Assembly (NCBI GenBank): GCA_030390025.1
Contig: CM059443.1
Span: forward strand, 55,490,001-55,554,000
Direction of reading: 5' to 3'
Length of the DNA stretch: 64,000 nucleotides
From: Squalus acanthias
Lineage: Eukaryota
Shown: one piece after another, positions 22,742 to 34,897 of the stretch
Layout of the letters: each line of letters starts with the position of its first letter
Position numbering within the stretch: the first letter of the stretch is position 1
The notes under the pieces: generated by a model
Told to the model about the DNA's origin: nothing
Database searches by the model: none
Seen by the model: only the letters and a program-made list of their open reading frames with translations
Made by a program: the position numbers and the translations under genes

Positions 22742-23082
22742 GAGGTACAGTGAGGGAATCTATTACACAGTATATATACACAGAGAGCGACTTGTCTGCA
22801 GAGATACAATCCGTCAGGAAGGCACTGCATCAAAGACACATCAGAGCACAGCCAAGACAATGAGGTGGGTCACATGGGGTCCAACGTGTCAAATGCTGCC
22901 GTCTGCAGTTGAGGTCCTAACTTTTTTTTTGTTTGTTTTTTTTTGGTGTTTTTTTTAAAAACTGGAAAGACAGACAACGATGTCGCGTCACGTTCTGTAG
23001 CGTGACATGAACCATCATTGTCAAATAAAGCTGTTGGACTATAACCTGGTGTTGTGCGACTTCTCACCTATTATCATGTAAT

Positions 23083-23535
23083 GTCAGCTGTGGCCCAGTG
23101 GGTAGCACCCTTGCCTCTGAGTCTAGAAGGTTGTGGGTTCGAGTCCCACTCCAGAGACTTGAGCGCAAATATCTCGGCTGACGCTCCCAGTGCAGTGCTG
23201 AGGGAGTGCTGCACTGTCGGAGGTGCCGTCTTTCAGATAAGATGTTAAACCGAGGCCCCTCAGGTGAACGTAAAAGATCCCATGGCACTATTTCGAAGAA
23301 GAGCAGGGGAGTTATCCCCGGTGTCCTGGGCCAATATTTATCCCTCAATCAACATCACGAAGGAAACAGAATATCTGGTCATTATCCTGCTGTTTGTGGG
23401 ACCTTGAAAATTGGCTGCCTCGTTTCCCTACACTACAACAGTGACTACACTTCAAAAAGTATTAGCTGTACAGTATTTGGGATGTCCCGAGGTCGTGAAA
23501 GGTGCCGTATAAATGAAAGGCCTTCCTTCTTTCTT
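23083..23535 (+). mobile_element. SacSINE1-like Deu-SINE
   Basis: Family match. Confidence 0.85.
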
Positions 23536-24348
23536 TTACTAACAGTGACTTGACAGCTTTTTAGATTGACTGCGGGCAGTTTGAGGCTGTCCTGCATGAG
23601 CGTATGTTATGAGACATTAACATTGAATGAGGTGTGGCAGTATCAACAGCGCACTGGACGCGACGCTGCTGATCTCTCCTGTCAATGATATGCCTGGCTT
23701 TCTTTTCTCACTTCCTGCTCTGGTGATCTGGCGAATGAAAGGCTACAGCATTCATTTTCCCAGTGATACGGCCTTTGGGTTTATTATAACTGAAGCAAGT
23801 TGTCCATGGCCAAAAAAAAAAAGGAGAATGAACTTGGAAACGAGTGGTTTGTGGTGGAAATAAAAAAGTTATTTTTTTCGACAGACTTGTGGGAAAATAG
23901 TCTTTCGTTAGAAGTGGCTTCTCCTCCATTTCCTTCCTTTCTCTCCTGAAAGCGACGACTCTTTGGCTCTGTTGGTGCTGGTTGCCTTTCTGGTGCCTTG
24001 TCCGATTGGACATGTGTGACCCTTGATGGTTGGTGTGCGATGTGACCTTTGAGGTGGGTTAGTCATACAGTCAAGTCTGATCTCTTGGTGGGGGGGGGCG
24101 GGGGTGGGGACACTGCGACCAATTCTAATGCCCCTATTCCTGCCCTCGTTGCATCAGCACAGACTGGGGGTCAAACCTATGAGCTTCTTTGTGTTTGCGG
24201 CGCAGTTCCACACTGGCTTTACCAATGTAAGCTGTCCAAGGATTTAGTCCTCTGTTTAACGCTCATTGGAGATGAGTGAGAGGTGAATCCCATGTTCTGT
24301 TTTACAAACGTCAGCCAGTGTGGGTGCAATGGAGTAGATGTCTGATTA

Positions 24349-25260
24349 GTGGCAGCTGTGGCTCAGTGGGTAGCACTCTCGCCCTGAGTCAGAAGGTCAT
24401 AGTCACACTCCGGGAGACTTGAGCACAAAAATCTAGGCTGACACTCCAGTGCAGTGCTGAGGGAGTGCTGCACTGTCGGAGGTGCCGTCTTTCGGATGAG
24501 ACGTTAAACCGAGGCCCCGTCTTGAGTATTGTGTGCAGTTTTGGTCGCCTTATCTGAGGAAGGAGATTCTTGCCATGGAAGGAGTTCAGCGAAGATTCAC
24601 CAGGCTGATACCTGGGATGGCAGGAATGACGTATGAGGAGAGATTGGGTCGATTGGGCTTATACTCGCTGGAGTATAGAAGAATGAGAGGGGATCTCATT
24701 GAAACTTATAAAATTCTGACAGGACTGGACAGACTAGATGCAGGAAGGATGTTCCCGATGGTCGGGGAGTCCAGAACCAGGGGTCACAGTCTAAGGATAA
24801 GGGGTAAGCCATTTAGGACAGAAATGAGGAGGAATTTCTTCACCCAGAGGGTGGTGAACCTGTGGAATTCTCTACCACAGAAGGCAGTAGAGGTCAATTC
24901 ATTAAATAGATTCAAGAAGGAGTTGGATATATTTCTTAAGGCTAAAGGGATCAAGGGATATGGGGAGAAAGCAGGGACAGGGTTCTGAATTTGGATGATC
25001 AGCCATGATCTCATTGAATGACGGAGCAGGCTAGAGGGGCCGAATGGCCTACTCCTGCTCCTATCTTCTGTGTTTCTATGTCTGCTCTCTCAGGTGGACG
25101 TAAAAGATCCTGCGGCACTATTTCGAAGAAGAGCAGGGGAGTTCTCCCCGGTCTCCTGGCCAATATTTACCCTCAACTTCAAAAGTACTTCATTGGCTGT
25201 AAAGCACTTTGGGACGTCCTGAGGTCATGAAAGGCGCTATAGAAATGGAAGTTTTTCTTT
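24349..25260 (+). mobile_element. Deu-SINE interrupted by a CR1 3' portion (about 24523-25079)
   Basis: The SINE sequence GGCCCCGTCT|GCTCTCTCAGG is split with GTCT duplicated; CR1 ORF at 24533-24988. Confidence 0.9.
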
Positions 25261-25499
25261 TTAGCATTGCCATTAGCATTTTAAGGAATAAGTTAAAACA
25301 AGAGTGGAAATGTGTATGTTTCTGTAGGCTATATAAGATCATAATGTAGATGTGCCTTGTTCCATAATCTATGGCAGGGTAGAATGTAGTTGAATAGTTC
25401 CACCTGCCCTGTAGAAGGGGGAATTAGAATGGAGTCGTAGATGCCCTTCGCACAAAGGCAATAGTATGCAATGTCGCATGTCTTTAACATAAGTGTAAT

Positions 25500-25812
25500 G
25501 GTACAACCCTCACAGTTCTCTGCGCCTCTCAATTCTGGCCTCTCGCGCATCCTCTATTCTAATCACTCCACCATTGGCGGCCATGCTTTCAGCTGCCTAG
25601 TCCCTAAAATCTGGAATTCCCTCCCTCAACCTCCCTGCCTCTCTAACTCTCTCTCTCCTCCTTTAAGACGTTTCTCAAAGCCGACCTCTTTGCCCAAGCT
25701 TTTGTTCATCTCCGAATATCTCATGTTGCTCGGTGTTTGATAACGCTCCTGTGAAGTGCCGTGGGATATTTTACTATGTTAAAGGCGCTATATAAATGCA
25801 AGTTGCAGTTGT
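25500..25812 (+). mobile_element. L2 3' end
   Basis: Family match. Further copies at about 29705-29980 (+), 30685-31000 (+), 57340-57733 (+) and 58045-58340 (-). Confidence 0.8.
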
Positions 25813-26323
25813 TGCACAATCGCGCTCGACCTGTCAAGTTTATGGTGACCGGTCCTACCTGTCATCCACGCAATGAACAGTCTCACTTGACCTGTATGCA
25901 GGGAGAGGTGGACTTCCCCTACAGAGAGAGAATAGTGGACAGTCCCACTTGTCTTGGATAGAGGGGGAGTGGTGCACAGTCCCAGTTGCCCTGTAGACAG
26001 GGGGCAGGAACCACACGAGAGAAAGGCACCATATCTTGGAACACAAATTGTGCAACATTAGTTTTAACATGTTCATTAATGCCCTTGCTATATTGGGATT
26101 TCCACATCAACATTTACTCTTAAATGAGCGTGAAAAATCTTCTGATAGAGCTGCGAACTAAAGCAGTTCTGATTGTCTCATCTGCACCAAGACTGCATTA
26201 AGATAATGGTAATGAAGGACATAATTGAGGATGTGATGAGGTGCTTATATAAATATACCCCTGCCTTCCTGCCTTCCTTTCTTTCCTTCTTTCTTCCCGC
26301 TTTCTCTTGATCTCAGAATCATA

Positions 26324-28050
26324 GGCTGGGATTTTGCTGACCTCGGCGGGTCTGTGGCAGGTGACGTCGGTGGCGGGTCCCGACCCCGCTGCTGGCTCCA
26401 TCCTGCTCCGTGAAATGACGTTCCGTTGATAGGTCTTGTTAAGCCCCGCCCAGCGCGTTTCCTGGGCCAATTAGAGGAAGCAGGTCTGATGACACCATTT
26501 GATGACACGTCATCAGCCGGTTTCATTAAACGGACTATGTCCAAATTTAGTTTGACATTTGTGCTGTCAGTGTTCTGCAGCATTGAGGTGCTGCAAACAC
26601 TGACAAGCACTGCACAGAGGTGCAGAGCTGCACCCAGGCTCTCCCATGACTCCCTCCATATGCTTATGGAGGGAGTCACAGCACGCAGGGAGGTCCTCTT
26701 CCCTTCCCATGGGCGGAAGACACCTCGCCAGGAGATCAACGCAGCCTGGTTGCACATTGCAGAGGATGGCACAAGCAGGGATGTTGTCAGGAGGACCAGG
26801 CTGTAGTGGCGCAAACCTTTCAATGATCTCAGTAGATCACGAAACATTACTGTAAAGCCACACTCAACCTCATCCTGCTGTGCCTCTCATCACATCCCCA
26901 TCACTCTACCTTCCCTACCCTACTCCTGCACATCCTTACTCACACCAACTTACCTTGCACCTCCACCCATCCCTCTCTATCTATATTATCACATCCCCAT
27001 CTCACTAGCCACCCTCACACTCACCCTCATCCGAGTGCAATCATACCAACTAACAACGCACTTGGGTGTTTTATGCCATGTTCATGTAAAGTTTCTGTTA
27101 ATGTGCTGTCAGACATTGAAACCTTTATTTTCAACACTTTGCATTCTTGGAACACACCTTTGGAAGTGGCTTAGTGAGTGGCAGTGAATGGTGAGACATA
27201 ACGGTACCCCCCGCAATGGCGATGAGTGTGAAACGAATGGCTTGGGCATTGTAGGGATGCTTTATGGTGTTGGTGTGGGGTGGTGCCAACCTGGCGCATC
27301 ATGTGGCAGCCAGGGTGTACAGCATCAAGTGAAGTAAATCTGGCCATGGTGAGACCATCCCTGGCCTCCTAGGCAGCAATGTGGTCGGGTGCTGATGCCC
27401 TCTGTCCTGTGCAGCATCAGTTGATTGTGGAGAAGGTTGGTGGCGTTGTTGGTGCTGCTGGTGTGCCTGATGCTGCTGGTGTGCCTGGTACTGCTGGTGT
27501 TGGGGCTGATCATGGTGGGATTCTGAGGACCAAGGTGAGAGTATAAAGGGTACCTATGCTGACGGAATAGATGGCAGGTGAAGTAGAGATGACCGAAGCG
27601 ATCTGTCAATGGTGAGAGAGGTAATGAGGTCAGACTGGATGGAGACTTGTGTAAAGACTTGCAGCATGGTGAATCTGTTGTGGAAATGCAGTGAGGAAGA
27701 GCTTGTGGCTGAGGGAAGATATCTCTGTAAGGTGGGAGCTTTTACTTCACATTTGAAGCTGTCAACTCCTCAGCTTCATAGATGTGGTCCCCGAGCAGCG
27801 AGGACCCCATGGGCGAGCACGTGAAATCAAAAGGTGAGCTCAAATGTATTCTGAATGATCTGTAAACAAGGTCATAATTACCTGAATTGGGTCCCCCGCC
27901 ACTGCGTGTCGGGTCTGCTCAGCGCTGACAGACCCGACATTGGGAAAGGCGTGTGTGGCAGCGGGGTCCCGACCCGCTGGGGAAAAAAAACACTTTCCCA
28001 CCCGACCCGCCACCGATCGTGCCCGCTGACCCCCCCGGAAAATCTCGACC
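26324..28050 (+). mobile_element. Non-autonomous PIF/Harbinger transposon (deletion derivative) with a Myb/SANT-like ORF remnant
   Basis: TIRs GGCTGGGATTTTGC / GGAAAATCTCGACC; TSD ATA/ATA. 26620-26840 encodes RAAPRLSHDSLHMLMEGVTARREVLFP...INAAWLHIAE...RRTRL*WRKPFNDL, a trihelix Myb/SANT-like domain typical of Harbinger accessory proteins. Confidence 0.85.
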
Positions 28051-28630
28051 ATAGAATCATAGAATGATACAGCACAGAAGGCGGCCATTCTGCCCATCGT
28101 GCCTGTGCCGGCTCTTTGGTAGAGCTATCCAATTAGTCCCGCTCCCCTGCTCTTTCCCCACAGCCCTGTAATTTTTTTCCGTTCCAGTATTTATCCAATT
28201 CCCTTTTGAAAGTTACAATTGAATCTGCTTCCACCACCCGATCAGACTGTACATTCCAGACCACCTTCTCAAGGGCAATTAGGGATGGGCAATAAATGCC
28301 GGCCTTGCCAGCGACGCCCACATCCCAGGAACAAATTTTGAAAAAATCACAATAACTCGCTGCATTAAAAAAAAAAGTTTCCTCATGTTGCCTCTGGTTC
28401 TTTTGCCAATAATATTAAATCTGTGTCTTCTGGTTCTCGACCCTTCTGGTACTGGAAACAGTTTCTCCTTATTTACTCTGTCAAAACTCTTCATAATTTT
28501 GATCACCTCTATCAAATCTCCTCATAGCCTTTTCTACTCGAAGGAGAACAACCCCAGCTTCTCTAGTCTCTCCACATAACCGAAGTCCCTCATCCCCAGT
28601 ACCATTCTAGCTAAATCTCTTGTGCACCCT
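28051..28630 (-). mobile_element. CR1 3' portion containing a small LINE-tail insert
   Basis: IEVIKIMKSFDRVNKEKLFP; (CATAGAAT)n tail. Confidence 0.85.
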
Positions 28631-28766
28631 TTCCTATCAAATAGACAATAAGGTACTTCTTAAAGAATTGGGCAGATAGGGAAGTAAATCACACTGAAAG
28701 AATCCTCATTGGACTTCCTTCTCCTTCAAATATTTATGGCCCACACATGCTCATGTGGAATGGGGC

Positions 28767-29143
28767 TAGTGTTGCCAACTCTGGTTGGGTGTATTCCTGG
28801 ATGTTCCATCACATGACCTATCACCTCGAACCGCCTCGCCCCCCCAACTCCCGCTATTGGTCCATCCTCCCGGCGAGCTGCCTGCCCAACGCCAATTAGA
28901 AAGGGAAGAGACTCTTCGTTACCCAATTGGATTCATCTCGACTGTTCGCGAAACAGCTTATTCCCCCCATCTCCAATATTTTTACAACTAATAAATGAAC
29001 TTCTTCAAAGAAATTGAAAAAACTTTTTTTTTTTAATGCTCCTATGTTTTTTTTTCTCCTGGGTGTTGCTCGCGGCAGGGTCCCGGAGATTAATCTTCAA
29101 TTCTTGGAGACTCCAGGGCAACCCTGGAGGGTTGGAAACCCTC
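28767..29143. mobile_element. Old hAT-like MITE
   Basis: Degenerate TIRs TAGTGTTGCCAAC / GTTGGAAACCCT; no recognisable TSD. Confidence 0.5.
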
Positions 29144-31661
29144 GATTGGTACCTTCCCAAGTCCGTTGGAACTTGCGATGGCTTTACTGTCATGAAGAAC
29201 CCAGCGAGCGGTGCGCGCAGAGAGCTGCGATGGATTTGGAAATCGTTTCCACGATCCCGTACGTTTACCAACAATGCAAGGCACCAAAGTGAGGTGCATG
29301 ATTGATGGATTGTAGGTTTTTTGGCCATTTGATATAGAAAGCTTCCGAGTGCGAAAAATTCACGATGGATGCACTGCCTAACCTGGCCTTGCATCCTTCC
29401 ATTGATTTTGTGTCGGGGCGGTCTCTGTGATGTGGGGGAAATCAACATCAGCAGTATGAAACAATTAGAAGTGCAGGCACTGTGCAACTAATAAAGATGC
29501 CTGTAACCCAAAGCAAAAGGGATGAATCCAATTTTAGCTCCATTTGAAATTTTAATTGGCTCCAGTAACCAAAGACTCAAGTTAATAAAAGGTAGCGTGC
29601 CCCTTCCCCCATAGCCAGCCCAACTCTTCCTTGATTTGAACTTAAAGCCTCCAAACTGGCTGGTGCTATTGTCTCTTCCCAATCTCTGAGGTCAAAGGGC
29701 AGGCTGAGGATTTTCATCGCTTCACCATTGGCGGCCGTGCCTTCAGCTGCCTGGGCCCTAAGTTCTTGAATTCCCTGCCTAATCCTCTCCGCCTCTCCAC
29801 CTCTCTCTCCTCTAAGAAGCTCCTTAAAACCTACCTCTTTGACCAAGCTTTTGGTCACCTGCCCTAATATCTCCTTATGTGGCTCGGTGTCAAATTATGT
29901 TTGATAATCACTCCTGTGAAGTGCCTTGGGATGTTTTACTATGTTAAAGGCGCTATATAAATACAAGTTGTTGTTGTAGTTGTCGAGGTGGTTCTAAATC
30001 GTGTACAGAAGAATTCTGCAGACCCCAAGAAGCCGGATTTGCGGCAGAGATAATTTAATTGACCGCCAACATTATTCGAACTGGCCAAATAACCAATAAG
30101 AGGCTGACATTCCAACTGCACGTTACGAAAAGAGCCAATCATGTCCAAATTAAAATGAAGGTGGCTGCAATATTAATCATTGCCAGTAGATGTCACTGGG
30201 GCATTACATTCTATTTGCAAAACATCTTCAGACATTTGGGGAGACTATTTGTTTTTGGAATCCAGTATTGGACTCCTGAATGTTGGATATGGGAGTCCAA
30301 CTGATTCATTGCTCTAGATTGAACAGTGGTCAATAGAACGCAAGTTTCCAATATTGTCAATCCATGCTACAGTGAGTAGGCATTGAATGAGGAGAAGCTA
30401 ATTGACATTGTTAATCTCTTCCATCATCTGTGCTGTTATTATGCAGCGGTGGTGTTGGTTCTGGAGAGGTCCTTTGTGAAGATTGTCCTATCTTTCAGGC
30501 TGCAGGTCACTAGATGATGGTTAGTGACTCCCCCGCAGATAAAATGAAGGAGGAAAATATAGATTAAAATTACAAACAAATAATCTGGAAATTGCACTTG
30601 TTTAATGTGTTTGTAGGAATGAGGAACATGTTTGTATCAAATTTCCCTCTCCACTATCTTAACATAATGCATTAATGCCTTCATTAACCTCCTCCAGCCC
30701 GACAAGCCTCCGGAATCTCTGCACTCCTCCAATTCTGCCTTCTTGCCCATCCCCGATTTTAATTGCTCCACCATTGGTCATCGTGTCTTCAGCTGACTAT
30801 AGGCCCTAAGCTCTGGAATTCACTCTCTAAACCTCTCCGCCTCTCTACCTCGCTCTCCTCCTTTAAGACGCTCCTTAAAACCTACCTCTTTGACCAAGCT
30901 TTTGGTCACCTGTCCCTATGCGGCTCGATGTCAAACGTTGTTTGATATCGCTCCTGTGAGGTGCCATGGGATATTTTACTACGTGAAAGGCGCAAGTTGT
31001 TAAAATAGCACACAGCGGAATTTGATGTGAGTTATGAGGGAAGACTGGAGAAACATGAGTCTCTTAGCTCGGAAAGGAAGTATCTGTGCTGCGATCTGTA
31101 TCGAGGTATACAAGAAAGTTAAGGGAATGGAAAATATAAATCTATCACTTTAAATTTTGAGAGTAGGACAAGGGGACATGGGGTTCAAACTACTAAAAGG
31201 TAAATTTATTACTGATATCAGGAGGCGATTCTTCGCACAATGAGTGATCAAAACTTGGAATGGACTCCCAAGTATTGGAGGTGAAAACTTTGGAATCATT
31301 TGAGAAACAATTGGATAGCACATTGGGTGAACTGCAGGCTCCATCTACATGGACTTAAAATGGGACAAATGGCCTCCCTCATCCATAAGCATCTTGTGAT
31401 GTTAATAGTTTGTAGTATTATATTGCTCGGCCTCATTTCCAAGCTGTATGCCATTTTAAGTTCTCTTGTAACTCTACCTAACTTGATCAAACACAGTAAG
31501 ACTGTAATATGATGCAGATAATGCATTTATTTTAATTCGTTTATGGGATGTGGACGTCGCTGGCAAGGCCAGCATTTATTGCCCATTCCTAATTGCCCTC
31601 GAGAAGGTGGTGGTGAGCCAGCTTCTTGAACCACTGCAGTCCGTGTGGTCATAGAGTCATA

Positions 31662-32541
31662 GGGGGAGAAATTCAGTATCGCCCCATTTGGGGCGCAATT
31701 ATCGGCCGGGCGCAAAGATTAGCGCCTGGCGCTAATTATCGCCACCGACTGCAAACTCACTTTTATCGCCCCTGGAGGTGATTGCAGCGCTTCACACCTG
31801 TCTTAAGGCGCAAAGGCCGAGGAGCGAGGCGCTACCTCAGAGCGCTGGCGAAGCTCATGTAATGTCAGTCAGCAATGGAACACACACACAATGGCACGGG
31901 CCAGTTCTTAAAGGGGATGGTTAATCTTGCTTTCCATCCACATCCTGCTCATTGCAGCCTTGAATCTCGGCCTGGAGAGACCTGCACATCAAATGTGCTG
32001 GAAAGAACAATGGAGAGTACCAGGCCAAGAGCTCAGAGTGCAGCCCCCACAGTCTCTGCTAAATCGATACAAGGAATGGCAAATCAAAATGAACCTGCAA
32101 AGTGCTGCTCAGTACCCAAAACTCCTTCACACAACGTTGAATCTCTCCAGAAGTCTCTGCCTCTCTCTCTCAGAATGCGTAGTTCAAAAATGGCACCAAC
32201 AATAAAAGGCAGGAAGCGGTCACCTTTAAATAGCGCTCCCCCTTTCCCTTCATGACTGCAGAACGCTCCCCTCAACCTGTCGTTGCTAGCGTCAGGTGGT
32301 AAGGCAAGGGGCGCCACTCAATATCCGCTCCGGGGCGATACCGGGGCGTTGCGCACTCGAGTGACGTCATGATCTGCCGGCGCAGGAGATCGTGGCGGTA
32401 GTGTTTAGCGCCGCCGCAAAATGTCTAGTTAATTTCGCGAGCGGCGCAAACTTCGCCGCGCCTGGGCGCTGGATGCTTTGCGCCCCATTAGCGCCCTCTT
32501 AAGGCGCTAATGGGAGGCGCAACCAACTGAATTTTTCCCCC
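31662..32541 (+). mobile_element. Harbinger-type MITE, family B copy 1
   Basis: TIRs GGGGGAGAAATTCAG / CTGAATTTTTCCCCC; TSD ATA/ATA; many subterminal AGCGCC/GGCGCT motifs. Confidence 0.88.
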
Positions 32542-34690
32542 ATAGAGTTATACAGCACAGAAAGAGGCCCTTCGGCCCATCGTGTCTACGCCGGCCATCA
32601 AGCCCTGTCTATTCGAATCCCATTTTCCAGCACTTGGTCCGTAGCCTTGTATGCTATGGCGTTTCAAGTGCTCATCTAAATGCTTCTTGAATGTTGTGAG
32701 GGTTCCTGCCTCTACCAACCTTTCAGGCAGTGAGTTCCAGATTCCAACCACCCTCTGGATGAAAAAGTTTTTCCTCAAATCCCCTCTAACCCTCCTGCCC
32801 CTTACCTTGAAACTATGCCCCGTGGTTATTGACCCCTCTACTAAGGGGAAAAGTTCCTTTCTATCTACCCTATCTATGCCCCTCATAACTTTGTACACCT
32901 CAATCAGGTCCCCCCTAAGCCTTCTCTGCTCTAAGGAAAACAACCCCAGCCTGTCCAGTCTCTCTTCATAGCTGAAATGCTCCAGCCCAGGTAACATCCT
33001 TGTGAATCTCCTCTGCACCCTCTCCAATGCAATCACATCCTTCCTATAGTGTGGCGACCAGAACTGCACACAGTATTCCAGCTGTGGCCTAACTAGCGTT
33101 TTGTACAGCTCCATCATAACCTCCCTGCTCTTATATTCTATGCCTCGGCTAATGAAGGCAAGTATCCCAGATGTCTTCTTAACCACCTTATCTACCTGTC
33201 CTGCTGCCTTTAGGGATCTATGTACATGCACACCAAGGTCCCTCTTATCCTCTGTCCTTCCTAGGGTCCTACCATTCATTGTGTATTCCCTTGCCTTGTT
33301 AGTCCTCCCAAAATGCATCACCTCACACTTTTCAGGGTTAAATTCCATTTGCCACTGTTCTACCCATCTAACCAACCCGTCTATATCGTCCTGTAGCCTG
33401 AGGCTCCCCTCCTCGCTATTTACCACTCCACCAATTTTCATGTCATCTGCAAACTTACTGATCATACCTCCTACATTCATATCTAAATCATTAATGTACA
33501 CTACAAACAGCAAGGGACCCAGCACCGATCCCTGTGGTACACCACTGGACACAGGCTTCCAGTCACAAAAGCAACCTTCGACCATCACCCTCTGCCTCCT
33601 GCCACTAAGCCAATTTTGGATCCAATGTGCCAAATTGCCCTGGATCCCATGGGCTCTTACCTTCTTGACCAGTCTCCCATGTGGGACTTTGTCAAAAGCC
33701 TTACTGAAGTCCATGTAGACTACATCAACTGCACTACCCTCATCCACACACCTAGTCACCCCCTCTCAAAATTCAATCAAATTGGTTAGACATGATCTCC
33801 CCCTGACAAAGCCATGCTGACTATCCTTGATTAATCCTTGCCTCTCCAAGTGGAGACTAATTCTGTCCCTCAGAATTTTTTCCAATAATTTCCCTACCAC
33901 TGATGTTAGGCTGACTGGCCTGTAATTCCCTGGTTTATCCCTACTAACCTTCTTGAATAATGGTACAACATTAGCTGTCCTCCAGTCCTCCGGCACCTCC
34001 CCTGTGGCCAGAGAGTTTCTGAAACTTTGTGTCAGAGCCCCTGCAATCTCTTCCCTTGCCTCACACAGCAGCCTTGGATACATCTCGTCTGGGTCTGGGG
34101 ATTTATCCACTTTTAAGCCCGCTAAAACTGCTAGTACCTCCTCCCTCTCAATGCTAATTTTTTCAAGTATATCACAATCCCCCTGCCTGATTTCTATGCC
34201 TACTTCGTCCATCTCCATAGTGAACACAGATGCAAAATATTCATTTAAAACCTCACCTACATCTTCCGGCTCTACACACAGATTGCCACTTTGGTCCCTA
34301 ATGGGCCGTACTCTTTCCCTGGTTATCCTCTTGTCCTTAATATACTTATAAAACACCTTGGGATTTTCCTTTATTTTGCCCGCCAGTATTTTTTCATGCC
34401 CCCTCTTCGCTCTCCTAATTTCTTTTTAAGTACCACCTTGCACTTTCGATACTCCTCTAGGGCTTCCACTGTTTTTAGTCCTTTGTATGTGCCAAAAGCC
34501 TCCCTTTTTTCCTAATCCATTCTTGTATATCCCTTGACATCCAGGGTACCCTGGACTTCTTGGTCCCACCCTTGACCTTTACGGGAACATGTTGGCATTG
34601 TACTCTCTCTATTTCCTTTCTGAATGACTCCCACTGCTCTGATGTGGATTTTCCTACAAGTAGCTGATCCTAGTCCACTTTGGCCAGAAC
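32542..34690 (-). mobile_element. Young 5'-truncated CR1 LINE with a nearly intact ORF2 RT domain
   Basis: ORFs 33766-34356 and 32548-33759 share a frame and are separated by one TGA; motifs NYRPVSLTS, DFSKAFDKV, PQGSVLGP, FADD. Confidence 0.95.
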
Positions 34691-34897
34691 AACTTTGGTG
34701 AAGGTGCTCCCACGGTGCTGTTAGCGAGGGAGTTCCAGGATTTTGACCCAGCGACGGTGAATGATTGTCAAATATTGCACTTAAAGAATCATAGAAACTG
34801 CACATAGAAGGAAGAAATGATGTACCTCTGTTGGTGCTCTACTCTAATCCCATTTTCCTGCCCTATGCTTTTATATTTTTTCCAAGTTATACACTAT

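Larger units (their letters stand above)
22479..23063. mobile_element. Penelope-like foldback mini-element containing a nested second PLE insert (22659-23020)
   Basis: Outer direct repeat TCACCTATTATCATG at 22464-78 and 23064-78; inner direct repeat TCAAATAAAGCTG at 22646-58 and 23021-33; 88-bp inverted arms centred on 22604. Confidence 0.85.

Noticed and set aside
23953-24026. Acceptor followed by hydrophobic ATTLWLCWCWLPFWCLV
   Set aside because: No B7-H3 motif; it ends in a stop and looks like a compositional artefact.
33101-33718. Long plus-strand ORFs (for example 205 aa) and many similar ORFs in the track
   Set aside because: They are antisense shadows of CR1, L2 or SINE sequences and recur with each repeat copy.
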